DNA of 64,000 nucleotides from Dicyema japonicum (taxonomy: Eukaryota > Animalia > Dicyemida): contig RDEW01000044.1 of the NCBI GenBank assembly GCA_011109175.1, positions 9,402 through 73,401 on the forward strand. The letters run 5' to 3'. Position 1 is the stretch's first letter, and each line of letters begins with the position of its first letter. The position numbers were made by a program, and so were the translations under genes. The notes beneath the pieces were generated by a model, which worked only from the letters and a program-made list of their open reading frames with translations, did not search any database and had not been told where the DNA came from. Of this stretch, positions 51,560 to 64,000 are shown in pieces.

Positions 51560-52160
51560 ATCCGTCATGTAGAAGTCACCTTTTCTGATATATTTTTTCT
51601 ATACCGTTTCTGCATCCGATCTAGTACATACCAGAAGGATAGATTCTTGATTCAAATTTTAAGGCTTTGTCCTTCTATTTTCAAATCAACACACCCTTCC
51701 ATATTTATAGACTTGACCACAAATATCCCTTTGGATAAAGCATCTCCATCTTATCTGTCGATAAAGAGTCTCAATTTCGTCCGTAGGGGATTCCTCTCAC
51801 GTATAAATTCATAACTTTTGACGGTTAAAATTTATTACAGCTTTTTTGGATTACCATCTTTTCATAAAATCGTAGATGCGTCTTCACAGATATTTATCTG
51901 CTAACAGTATCCACTTCCTCCCGTGTTGAATATTCCATGGCCCAACCACATGAACTCTTTGATGGAAAATCCCGATAGTGGTTCCAGGCTACACCAGTTA
52001 CGGCGAAACTAAAGAAACTTCATTAATATTCGACTTCAAACTGACAATCACCTCTTGAGGAATGTAGTCAGTCACAATATCCTATATGGTTTTAAGTATA
52101 TCCACATAAACAAGAAGTGACGACGAAATATTAAACCCCATTTATTACGGCCATAAGTAC
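51560..52160 (-). CDS. Putative micro-intron host gene of unknown function (partial)
   Basis: Short frames joinable by 24-26 nt GT-AG introns (..PQEVIVSLNFAVTGVAWNHYRDFP..MEYSTREEVDT|THLRFYEK). The model is incomplete. Confidence 0.3.
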
Positions 52161-54194
52161 AATTTTTTAATATTTAAATTAAAAATTTTATTATTATTTT
52201 TTTTAAATTTAAAAAACGTGAGTTAGAAAAAAGCCGTCAATTGAAATAAAAGATGGTATACAGGGGAAAATATCAAATCACCGAAGGCCGTGGAGACACT
52301 AATTGAAAAAAAACAAAAAAGAACACCAATGCCAAGAAGGAAATGCTCGCCTCAACGAACTTGTGTAGGTTCAAAGGATCAACACCGAGCAAAAATGAGA
52401 GCCATGACTCAACAGAAAAACATACAAATTTATCATGAATATTATGCCAATTGAAGGTATTGTGAGTTGATAAAGAAGGCAGAAGAAACCTTTCTCTAAA
52501 TAGAAGACGCTGTTGTAAACATTCATAAGTTGCATTGAAAATAAATGAATAAATTTAGAAAAATATTTTTTACACTGAAACTGTTCCCTCTATTGGTTCT
52601 ACGAGTCATGAATTCGAAATCAACGGCATCAAAATAAGACTAAATGACTTACCAGGGAATGAATTTCATGATATTATTAACATTGACACGATACAGACGA
52701 CACAACAATTTTTGGTACAAATGGACTGGAAGCGAAATATAGAAAATAGAATAAAAGTAGGGACAAATCAAATAGAGAAAAATAATCCATGTTTATGGGT
52801 TACCAAAATATAAAACACATATTAGACATTCTGATAACAGACTTCAACACTATTTGAACAATCTTGTTATAGCGCCAGATGTACTTCAGTTATATGGTTC
52901 TAAACCTCTCTAATATGTCGGTCTTCATTCTACTCAGTCTGTCTATTCTACACAGTAGACAACCTCGATGACTGTCGAGAAGTTACATAGAGAAAACTGA
53001 TAAAGCAGATAGTGAAGAGCATGGCACAAGCGGAAACCTAAGTATTCATATGCTAATGGATAACGTGGGAGTCCATTCAACTACTGACTAATTTCGAAAA
53101 TTGGACATGGATCACCTCCTCATGGCGAAAATTAGATGCTATTTTCGTACAACTAAAAGACCCTATTCTTCTTCCTCACAGGGATTTTTCTCATAAAATC
53201 CCTTTGTCTGCTACCAAGCTGTTACTAGGCAATTCCCTGTAAATTTTATAATTTTTTTTCGCCACCAATTTGGTCATTAATTTATACAGGGTCAACATAC
53301 ATGTAATCGACTTTACTAGGGGTCATCAACTAAGGAATCAGGCTCATGATCCTAATGTATAGCCACTGAGAAAGAATAGCTGAATTAGAGACATATTGCT
53401 CATTGTAGAGAATTAAACATTTCATCGATTGGTTTTTAAGTGAGTTGTCTGCTCGTGGAGAACACTACATACAACTGTCACCAACAAACCCACCTTCTCT
53501 CCTTACCAAAACAACTATTAATTAGTTTGCTTGGTAGTGGTTAGGGGACGGGTGCTCAGTTATGTTACCAGTTGCTTCTATTAACTCCCGGAGGTATTCT
53601 AATGATATGTCATCGTACTTTGAATCCTATCAGTAATCTGCTGGTTACACTGACTATATGATGGATAGTTTTTCTCATGAGTACGGACAATCCAAACACT
53701 CATTTAGACTCCAAATGACAATGAAATTATGTACCACCCCCTTCTTAATGAACCCATTATCTCCATTTATTTGCCCAGTGGCGTTTTAGGTCGCCGTTTT
53801 TCCTTTAATTTTAAATCTCGAATTTAAGATATACCTGATTTACCCTCGATACCAATCCTAATTCACAATTTTGAAGCTCATGAGTCATGACACATCATGA
53901 GATATCCACTTTAGCCTTTCTCTTACACTCCACAGTCGTACTGAGGTCAACCAATTTTGAATGCTCCCTATTTTTAGAAAACCCCCATATCCTATGTCTT
54001 TTAGAGTCCGTAAAAATGGTGAAGATTATATCCATAAGATGTTTGATAATCGATCTTTCCTGACCCAACTGTCACATAATAAAGGCATAATTTAGAATAA
54101 TTTTTTGTCATTTTTCATTAACTTTGCATCAACATCACAGTACGAATAAAAGTCAACATTTGCATTACGTTTTCGTTAGGTTATCAGTTCATTA

Positions 54195-55194
54195 ATGATT
54201 TACCGGCGTTCGGTTATTAATTCATTGATGATTCGCAACGAGGAGGTTAAAAATTTCTTTGTAGACTTGCGAATAATAAGCATTCTAAAAGAAGATACAA
54301 CTCGAAAGATGTTGGCTGTCTATTGCAGACATGCAAATGACAATGCTATTGTGATATTCCAGAGACAGACAGTTGCAGTTGAGGATGTACAGAAAATAAT
54401 TGATTGTTGTTCAAATGAATATTCTGATCACATTAAGTATGCGGATAGTCGATTTCACAGATTTCAGTTATCTACAAAAATCATCATGTCCAGTATATTT
54501 TTAAATAATTTAGAAATATCTGTTGGTTTAATATTTCCTGCGGATCCGTACTTTATTGAAAGCTTCCGACGTTCTGAATTATCAGTTACATTACGAGAAA
54601 CGGCAGAGGAATATTTTAAAATTACCTTTATCATGTTGACTCGTGTTCTTCGTGAGATGGTTGCAAATTTAGTAAAAATTTTAGTGGGTGTATGACTTGA
54701 GTGAGGGAAATAAAAATGTCCTGTTTAGAGACGATGATCCAGTTAATGGGTTCATACTCATTCCTGATTTTATGTGGGACCAAAAGGATGATTATGAGCT
54801 GTGTATTTTAGCTTTTTGTAAAAGAAATGATATAATGAATTTGAGATCCCTGGGGGGAGAACATATTAAACTCTTGGAAAATATTCTTCACCGTGGAACT
54901 GTATTTATGCTGTATTTATTTGTAGGAAGTCATCGAGAGTTTGTTCAAAGTCTACGACATATTTCTAGAATTTATGTCGTATATCCAACCGAAATAAATC
55001 ATTTCTACGTTTATTTTGCGGAGATTAAAAGTTACACGGTTGCATCACATTTTGGAAACGCACACCTGCTAGAGGACGTTATTGACAATTTAAAGGAAAA
55101 TCCTGAATTCTACAAAGAAAGAGCTATTTCCTTCATTACTACAGAATCTATTTACTTCTCCTTCAAACACTACATGAAGCCTCAATATATTTAA
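54195..55194 (+). CDS. DCPS: DcpS (m7GpppX scavenger decapping enzyme)-like protein with degenerate HIT motif
   Basis: NAIVIFQRQ..LIFPA..LRETAEEY..; intron 54660-54684 gives WVYDL; then GFILIPDFMW..LRSL..AHLLEDVIDNL. The HIT region reads HFYVYF instead of HLHVHF. Confidence 0.85.
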
Positions 55195-55872
55195 CACATT
55201 ACTGGTCTTTTTTGTTTTCATTAACAACTTACTTTTTTTCTAAATTATATTCATAGTCCTTGCCACTAAAGTGGGTTTTAGTCACCAAAGTATCTGCTTG
55301 TAACTTGAAAACATCAGTCTACCTTATGGCTCTGTCACTCCACCTTCTCTTATTTCAAGAAAGAGTCTCTTCTGGGATCTATTCCAATAGTAATGACCGT
55401 TCACACGTGTCTAGTTTTGATTTAAGTGCTTAGGAGACTTGAAATAAGTATTTTATTATTTGTAAGAAGAGTGTTTAAATAAGCAGTTTAAAAATCAAAT
55501 TTGATGTTTACCCACGTGGGGCGTCTATTGTCCCACATCTCCAGGATCTCTGGGATCTTGTATTAGTACCTATAAATGATTAAAGTTGAAAGTTTTTGAA
55601 ATTAGCATTGAAGGTCACTTGACAGGATGATATTGATTGAAATTTTCAGAAACTCAAAGTCTTCATATCTGGTTCACTCACTTTTTCGGAAATGTTCTTG
55701 CTTCTGTGATTCTTAAATGTTTATCTAAAAATTGTTGATACACAGGGCTTACCTTTTCTCCTGTCTGCACGTCTAATCCATTAACGAATCTCTGTCATGC
55801 CTACTATTGAGTGTTATTTTCTTGCTGACCGCTTGTTTACGTGTTGGGAATAAATAGATGTTTAAAATAATC

Positions 55873-56465
55873 GATGGTCTTGATCTAAGAGATGGAAAGA
55901 GACCTGATGGAATGACCCTTTTCCCCTTCACGTCTGGAAGATCTTTGGTCTGGGACGCAACTTGTGTAGACACGTTCTCAAGCACGAATATTTTCAAATC
56001 GGTTCAGACACCTGGAGCAGCTGCTTCGACTGCGGAAAACCTAAAAATCAAGAAATATTCTTGCCTCGGGGATCGCTACTGATTTACTCCTGTTGCGACC
56101 GAATCATCGGGAGCCGTTGGTCCAATGACGGCTGAGTTCTTGCGAGAACTCAGAGGATTGCTTGCCAGAAAAAAAGGGATCAACGAGAAGGGTTATGGCT
56201 AAGACAAAAGATTGGAATAGCCATACTCCGAGGGAACTCGTTCGCAATCCACGCAGCAGGCTTCCTCAACTGACATTTGTTTAATTGTNCGTTGGTCCAA
56301 TGACGGCTGAGTTCTTGCGAGAACTCGGAGGATTGCTTGCCAGAAAAAAAGGGATCAACGAGAAGGGTTATGGCTAAGACAAAAGATTGGAATAGCCATA
56401 CTCCGAGGGAACTCGTTCGCAATCCACGCAGCAGGCTTCCTCAACTGACATTTGTTTAATTGTTA
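55873..56465 (+). mobile_element. CRE-clade 3' fragment (tandem duplication at N 56289)
   Basis: Near-identical to 12720-13135. Confidence 0.85.
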
Positions 56466-56477
56466 CAAAATTTTAAT

Positions 56478-56793
56478 AATAAAAACCTTTTCACGAGAGA
56501 CATAATATTTATTGCTCCGCATAGGCAGGACACACACTTTATTTAAGTAAAGAACAGTTAATTTTAACTACTCGTAGAACCAAGGAATGATCTTCACTTC
56601 TTTTTTCTTTTTCTTGTGTGAGTGTCCTTTCTAGACAATTCAGTTTCGCAGTGAGTATTCACTGATGACGGCGTCACTCGTCAAACCATTTCTGCATCGT
56701 ATATGCGTGGAACCTTCCACCAGGTGAACAGCAGAAAGATTCGAACCCGTAGCCTAAGCGTCTTAAGCCCGACACCTAACCACTAACCCGGCT
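56478..56793 (-). mobile_element. tRNA-derived SINE, most complete copy
   Basis: agccgggttagtggttaggtgtcgggcttaagacgc..gggttcgaatc head, followed by the body and tail. Confidence 0.8.
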
Positions 56794-56852
56794 AGCTAAA
56801 AAATTTTTTGTTTAAAAAAAATATAATTTTTAATATTAAAATTTGAATATTT

Positions 56853-57207
56853 CTAAGTTAAGCGAAGTCTGTCTAATTCGCAGAGTTGATTTTCAATTTC
56901 AATAGAGACGTACTCCTATTACAAATATAATAATTATACGAGAGTATTTTCTAGTCTAGTGCGAATATTGATCAGGTTTATTCGATATTCTCGACTAGTG
57001 ACGTAATCTTTGTAAATTAACATAAATACCACGTGTTCTATTAGTTTCCTCAAAATGTTCTATTGCGATAAGACTGTTCAATATTCGAATCAGGTTCATT
57101 ATTCTGTTGGCTGTAATGACTTCATTTCGATAATCATTTTCCAGTCTTCTGACCTCTTCGTTCCTTTTCCTTCGTGCGAGTGAACACAAGTCAGGAGGAA
57201 TTACCAT
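56853..57207 (-). CDS. Orphan helical protein gene with micro-introns (start uncertain)
   Basis: ORF 56995-57207 extends through GT-AG introns 57008-57029 (22 nt) and 56916-56939 (24 nt) to ..EIENQLCELDRLRLT*. Confidence 0.5.
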
Positions 57208-57486
57208 TTACGTTTGTTCGAATTTCAATATTTATAGTACCAATGATATACAAGAAGATAATATAGCCGCGAAATTCGAAAAATGAGCTTAATAAGATTA
57301 TTTAAATAAACGATTTTATTTAATATTAAAATGATTCTCGAATCAATGTGAATTGAAGTATTAATAATATTAAGATTGAGTTGGTGATCTTAACAATTCA
57401 GTCTCAATTTTCGATGTGGTTCACCTTCACGTGGAGAAAATTGGATACTAGTATCAATCTGGCAACTAAAAGAACCACAATTATTC

Positions 57487-58225
57487 CCCTGTCAAACTTT
57501 TCAACGACCTCTGGGAAGTCGGACTGGATGATGGCGGCTATTGAGCGGGCGCGTAGCTTTTGCTCCCAAAGATCGGATTTGCTACTCTTAATCCTTGCTG
57601 GAGACATCGAACAGAACCCCGGGCCCCATAAAAACGGGAAATTCCTTAATATCATGCAATTTAACATAAACGGCCTCACACACAATCAAATGAACTTTTT
57701 GCATTTCTAACTTATCACAAAATTGATATTGCCATGCTACAGGAAACGAAACTATCAAGAAAGTCAGCGCTTCCACACTACAAAGACTACTCAATTGTCC
57801 GCCGTGATCGACCGAATTCAAACAGAGGAGGCGGTGTTCTCATACACAAATCTATTCCATTCTCCGATACTTCCGCTCAGACACAAGCTCTGTTTGAATA
57901 TGACAATCACATCGAACTTACTTCTGTCTTGGTGAAAATAAACCACACAAGGTATACATTTGTAAGTATTTATATCCCGCCACCAAGTTCCAGTATGAAA
58001 CATTACTCCCCAAAACTAACCGAATTGCAAAAAATTGAAAATGTGATAATCTGCGGAGACCTAAATGCAAAAGATTTTCTCTGGCTAATCGGCCAAAAGA
58101 GTAATGAGAGGGGGTTTCAGGTCCTCTCTCAAGTAGAACAATTAGTTATCCTCAATGACAGGAAATCACACACTCAAACAGCTTCCAGACCAGGACACTC
58201 TAATACAGAGCTTTTCAAAAAATAA
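57487..58225 (+). mobile_element. 5' part of an Ingi/Vingi-like LINE with 2A-like peptide and APE
   Basis: LLLLILAGDIEQNPGP, then LNIMQFNINGL..LQETKL..RGGGVLI..SIYIPP..CGDLNAK. Confidence 0.85.
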
Positions 58226-58229
58226 TTCT

Positions 58230-58720
58230 CGCGGCACACTAATTGTAAAAAAAATAATCCACGGCACACATTAAAAATAAAAAAATTAATTTTTTTAAGA
58301 TGTGTAAAACTAAATACAAAAATCGGTAATTTAATGCCCAAATTTTTATTAATAAAAAAATGAATTTTTAATTATTATTGTTTTTGCATATATCATCAAT
58401 ATCAGGTCAAATGGTTAACAAAGGCACTCGCATTTCAGCACAAATCCGACGAGAAACAGTGTTATCTGACAAAGGTATCTTCATTATTTTTTGTTCATAT
58501 TTATGACCAAACATAGTCCGAGCAATAATACGACAAGCAGGGATTATCAAGTTTTCGTTAATATTGTGAGGTTTTAGTTGTTTTGCTATCACTTCTGAAA
58601 TCAGGTATGAACATTTCAATGATTCCTTTGTGTTTAAAAAAGTTTCACTGAACATCATTTGACTAGATCTACGATTCATAGAAAAAACCAAATAATACTT
58701 AAGTTGTTTTTTTTCAAATG
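58230..58720 (-). mobile_element. hAT Buster remnant
   Basis: SYLISEVIAKQLKPHNINENLIIPAC..IPLSDNTVSRRI; 'cgcggcacac' subterminal repeats. Confidence 0.8.
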
Positions 58721-59139
58721 GATAAAATAATCGACAGATTTTTCGGAATAGTCCGGATGCTTGGAAGTAAAATGACTCTTTAGTTTGCTAGAAACCATAG
58801 CATCACTTGCCAAAAATCCATGCAAATTAGACATTGAGGTAGTTTATTTTTATTTTGCATATACATCCAAATGACAAATAAGAATCTTTATAAGAACGAC
58901 GAACTGATTTACCCATAAGCACGTTGATGCGCACGTTATTAAAAAATTAATAAATAATGGTTAACCAATGTAAATGTCAAATAATGTATAATATGTCACA
59001 TGGGCCAAGCGTTACCTATGGGCAGCCTGTTACATTAACCTTGAACCAAGATTAACTTCAATTAATTTTATAAATGATTTATTAACCACAAAAAATTAAA
59101 TTTAAGTAACTTTTTTTAGTCTACTCATTAATACAGTCG

Positions 59140-59430
59140 ACTAGGAATTATGGTTGCGCATGTTTAATGGATTTATGAAATCAATACTAACATATAATGA
59201 TAATACTTGACCTGTTCGAATGCGGAATTTATGGCTTTCGATGCGATTCACAGAAGACAGCTTAGAGTGCTATTTGCCATGCAGTGGCGTTCTAGGATCT
59301 CTAATGTTGGAATTCATAAAAATTCAAGACTAGGCATCTAAGTCTAGAGATCACTGACGCCCGGTGGAGACAGTTTGGACACATCATGCGTATGGATCTC
59401 GCCACCGGGAGTTTTTTGGTAAGTACATTA
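59140..59430 (+). mobile_element. RTE-like LINE C-terminal remnant
   Basis: Frameshifted LRMFNGFMKSIL..FDAIHRRQLR..WRQFGHIMRM. Confidence 0.55.
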
Positions 59431-59559
59431 AAGTGCATTCTGAAAGCACATTCCGTATCTTTTATGAATTCATGCTCTAATTGTCTAGCTTTTATCTTCT
59501 TCAGATCATCATCATAAAAATTTTCTAAATTTTCACTTTTCAATTATATTCTGATTAAT

Positions 59560-60230
59560 TAAGATGATTTCATCCTGTCCAGGGGAGCGGCCATTCTTAA
59601 GTTTGACCATTGCATTTGAGATTTCGCCAGGTGTGGTAGCTTTATCAGTTAGGTGGCGTATCCACAAATATGATTAAATATTTCTCCGCGGACAGTTAAT
59701 ATATCCTCGAAATACGGCGCAATATATTCAACCTGATCTTTGGGATTTGTTAAAAATCTTCCATTCCCGTCGTGGAGTTTGAGTTTGTTCGTTTGTTTTC
59801 TTCTGTTGAGCAGACGCATTGCAGTGAAGATTTTTGATGAGTCTTTGAACTGTTCAACTTCTGCAGCTCTTAGATCAAGGAGGTTAGTAATGTGCTTCTT
59901 ATTTAAAATCTTTATGGTTTTCTGGCTGGATGTTCTTCTAAACTTCAAGATTTTATCCTATCAGGATCAGACTCATTATCCAGTTATAATCTTAGTTCCC
60001 TTTGTTCTTTAATGAGGGCGAGGACTTCTGGATGTATAAATTTTTTAATCAGTGCTGGGACCAGGATCCGATACTTCCATTTGCTGCCGAAAAGATCCCA
60101 TTCATTGTCTCCGGCCAGGTGCCTCCTGGAGGAAGTTAGGGATCCAGGTTTCGGATGAATCTCGTAATTAATATTTGGTAGTTATCTCTGATCGATGTAG
60201 AGCAGCGCTTCTCGATTCGTTTTGAGTTTG
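59560..60230 (-). mobile_element. LINE fragment between APE and RT
   Basis: DSSKIFTAMRLL..KPPGEISNAMVKLKNGRSPGQDEII. Confidence 0.6.
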
Positions 60231-60429
60231 CACCTTCAAAAATTTTAAAAACCACCCAAATTTTAAATCTAAGAGAATTCGAATTTTATTAAAAAATTAG
60301 TCAGGTTCCTTGAGACTTTTCCTGTCTTTTAGTTTTAATTAATTCTTCGAATCGTGGTTTTTTGTTTGTTAATGCATTCTGAGATCGTTTTTAGGAATTA
60401 AGCGTTTCGGTACTTAATTTTATATTTAG

Positions 60430-61380
60430 TAGAGATGAAAATCCAGATTCACATAGTTAAGTTGTTGCAAATGGAACCAGAACTTCCAGTGCTTTTTTTA
60501 CAAGTGTCGGAAAACCAAATTGCAAACCTTACCAAAAAACCTTCAAAGAATTTGAGTCGTACATCATTTTCAGTTATGTAGATGATTGAATTTCAATCTA
60601 ATTGTCTTTAATCTCTTTTCTATCCTCCATCTTTTCTATTTTGAAAGCAAATTTATTCCTGAAGGAACATATTTTGTCAGAAGCATTTATAATGCTCATC
60701 CCTTTCCCTTGAGATGATTGAATATGTCAGCAAAATATGCCAAAAAAATCACAAAATTTGAAGATTTGAAACAATCAAATAGTTCAGAGTTTTTTCAAAT
60801 AAAAATTGTTCGATTTCACGTCTGAGAATAAAAAATCTTGTTAAAACACGGCCTCTTGAAAGCCATCTAACATCAGTATGATACAAGAAAACAGTGGCGT
60901 CAGCATCATAATCAGTACATAATGCTTTGAACAATCTATGATTCAAAGCCTTTCCTCGAATAAAATTTACGATTTTGACACACGAATTAAAGACATCTTT
61001 TAACTTCATTGGCAGAGACTTAGATACGAGTGCATGTTGATGAAGGGTACAGTGAGTGACTGTTACATCTGGAACATGTTTTCTTAAAAGGGCTGCAAAC
61101 CCCGACCTGTTCCCCAGCATAACTGGAACACCGCCCGTGCAAATTGATCCTATAATTTCCAATGGAATATCGTGTTCATTAAAAAAAGTCTCGAATATTT
61201 GAAAAACATTTTTTGCAGAGGTTTCTGTTTTAAGAAATTTACAAAAAAGAAACTTTTTGGCAATTAAATTTTCTTGTACATAACGAACGAAGCAAATATA
61301 TATTTTATTTGATGATCATTTGCATATATGTACAAGTAATCATAATTTTTAGAATTAAAAGTCCTTGTCTTATTAGCTCA
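60430..61380 (-). mobile_element. hAT Buster transposase remnant
   Basis: SICTGGVPVMLG..THCTLHQHAL..KALNHRLFKALC..HTDVRWLSRG. Confidence 0.85.
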
Positions 61381-61849
61381 AAGTCCTTGTTGTGAACTTG
61401 GCAAAGACTATCTTGTGATCACTGTCGATAGCTGAACCTCCGTATGACCTCGAGGCACGTAGGAATGACTTTTCTTTGACTCGGAGATGATGTAGTCAAT
61501 TTGGCTGAAAATGTTAATAGAGCCTTCGGTAGGTAAGAATCGTTGCCCAGTCTATATCGTTAATAATAAAATATTTAATTATAGAAATTTATTAAATATA
61601 ACTAATAAAAATTAAATAAACACGTTGCTGGCTAATGGTTGTTGTTGATAAAATCCATCTATATTCATCGGATTATGCCGACTTCTGTGCCGAATTGAGT
61701 TAAAAAAACCCAAATCGAACGCCCGCCGAGCTTGTTCGGCATGTTTCCGACACGGATGCATCTAGGATTTGTTTTCATCAAAACAACACGAAATTTCTGG
61801 TTTTACGACCAATAATGTCTTCCTCAACAGCTGATTGTCGAGAACAATG

Positions 61850-64000
61850 GGATGCTTCGGTTATTTAAAGAACGCTTTCTAGACTCGGTCGTGTCCCCAG
61901 AGGTGGATGGGCTATTCTCTTGGAAGGGTTCAAGTCTAAGTTTGGAGAGGAAATAACAATGCCTGAGTTCAGAAAACTGATTATGTCCAAAAACACCAAC
62001 AATTACCAGGCAATGAATATGATTCGAAGGGGACCTCAGATTCTAAGCCTGATATGCCTTCGACATTTATTGAGGCAATTTGTATGCTCGTTGTGAACGT
62101 ACCTTTATTGCAGAGTTACGGACGAATCAGTCAATTGACCATTCTTCCAAGACCCCGTACGAAGAAAATTCCTTATGTAAATGTGGATATTCTCGAATGC
62201 CTGAACCGTGTTATTAATGCTTGGATTAAGTTAATCACCCAACATCAATTGATCAAATTTCCTCTATTATTTATGCTCATGGGATCTACAATTTTTTCCT
62301 TAAGAAATTTACCTCGCTGTTTGAATTTATCTATATCGAAATGCTTAGGATTGTAAACAGAGAGTACGTCTCTGGAAACTGGTTTTTTACTGGAATTACG
62401 TACTTTATCCCAAAATGTGAAGCGCCACAGTCGAAAGGAATTACGCCCTATTACATGCATTTCGTCACTATAAACTTATGACAAAGTGTATCAATGCCAA
62501 GATAGCGGATTATGTGGAAGCATTCGGCCTTCTATCTGATAACTAGATGGGAACAAGGAGATGTCAGGGTGCTAAAGAACAGGCACTAGTCAATAAATCA
62601 CTTAATAAAGTAAATGGAGGTTGATTATATGCTGCATGGATTGATGTTAAAAAAGCATTTGGCTCGGTTCACCACAACTTTTTAATGGAAGTCCTTGAAA
62701 ATTCCGTAATTCCCGAATGGATTATTAAAGTTGTGAGATTACTGATTATAAATTGGGGAGTGAAACTAATGTTGAATAATGAAAATATTCGTGATATTCA
62801 CATTGAAAGGGAAAAGTCTATCCCCCATGACCCACTTAACCGTTTATTGACATATAAATATCCAAAAGTCTCCGTTTTACTTGATAGTCTGTCTCGTCAT
62901 TCTCAACTAATCATCTTTTATTTATTGACGATTTTAAACTTATTTCGAATAGTGAAGATGTTATTGTCAAGATGATGGAAGATGTTAATTTGTATTTCAG
63001 TCCTGTGGGGCTGGAAAGGAATCTAGAAAAGTCCGCTACAAATGTCTTGTGTTATCAGTTGTTAGAGGGAATGGACGGATATAAATACCTCGGTGTATTC
63101 CGGACAAATTCAAAATCCAGAAATGTTAAAAATAATTTCTTCGCAAGTAAACCAGAGAATTGAGAAACTGGTGAATACCAAACTAAACGCAGTGAATTTG
63201 TTTAAGGCTATTAACGAGCATGCTCTGCCTTTATATAACTATTATATTGGACTCATTAATGTGGAACCCTGTGAATACGATTTGAATGACTCAGCTATCC
63301 GCACCATATTGATTAAACATCGAGTCCATCTCAAACCTGCATGCAAGCAGAGGCTTTATTTAACGTTCAATATTTCTTCTAAGTGAGAAGATGTTATATG
63401 GATTTTTTTATGATCTGAAACTCAGAAGTACTGTTTGCAGTAGAAATGCCGCAATTCTTCAAGCCGAAATATCGGAGAAAACAAATTTGGCATTAATCGA
63501 AGAATTTCTAAGGCACAAGTATTCTGTTTGCGACACTTCTGAGTTGGATATAAAATTGATATCGAACATGCAAAAAGAAGGTTTAATGAATCAAATAAGA
63601 TTGAAGAGTCTTTATTCCGTTATTTATAAGAATTTGTTGGAGGATTATGTGAATATAGAACATTCCTTTAATTGGATTCTAAAGGGAATAACTCCCCAAG
63701 GTCGGAAGCCTTATTCTGTCTTATTCAAGATAGGAATCTGTTCTTTGAGAACAAAATGCAATGTGCACCCATTTAAAAAATGGAAGAAGACAGTGGATAA
63801 TTGTGCCACACGCTGTGAAAAGATGTTGCATGGGGATCATGTAAGAAGACATAACGGAGTCGTGAGATGTCTACATTTCCACTTTTGAATAGAGTTTGGT
63901 CTCAAAAACGATAAGAAACTGAACACTCATTCAGAGCAATTTATTGTAATGAATGACTTAGTTGAAATCTGAGTTGACACGTTTATTTAAACGGACATAA
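61850..64000 (+). mobile_element. RLE-type (R4/NeSL-like) non-LTR element, RT to endonuclease, many stops and frameshifts; runs off the window
   Basis: LRPITCISSL..QMGTRRCQGAKEQAL..WIDVKKAFGSV..YKYLG..KLNAVNLFKAINEHAL..QDRNLF..RRHNGVVRCLH. Confidence 0.85.

Noticed and set aside
50475-51588. Long ORFs of 317-365 aa in the track (also 19405-19773, 42508-43015)
   Set aside because: They consist of X residues from N gaps.
56655-56700. CTGATGA hammerhead-like core antisense to the SINE
   Set aside because: No GAAA after stem II (caaa/caag in the copies) and no stems I/III.

Overview
AT-rich eukaryotic nuclear DNA, not prokaryotic. About two thirds is decayed, nested transposon sequence: RTE-like, Ingi/Vingi-like, CRE-clade and RLE (R4/NeSL-like) non-LTR elements, MULE, hAT-Buster, Tc1 and integrase remnants, a tRNA-derived SINE and a TGT..ACA MITE. 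Between the elements lie compact host genes split by ultrashort 21-29 nt spliceosomal introns, which I reconstructed by hand. They are a probably mitochondrial valyl-tRNA synthetase, a DLC1/STARD13-type RhoGAP-START gene (indicating an animal), a DcpS-like gene that has lost its HIT histidines, two very divergent proteasome-subunit-like paralogs sharing five intron positions, an orphan gene, and tRNA-Gly(TCC). An animal with introns this short suggests a dicyemid-like reduced parasite (inference). There is a ~7 kb duplication (33.7-40.8 kb vs 42.9-50.7 kb), three N gaps and many short tandem duplications that look like assembly artefacts. Strongest leads: the non-catalytic proteasome-like family, the pseudo-enzyme-like DcpS, the micro-intron architecture (including a GC-AG intron) and a 2A StopGo motif in a LINE.
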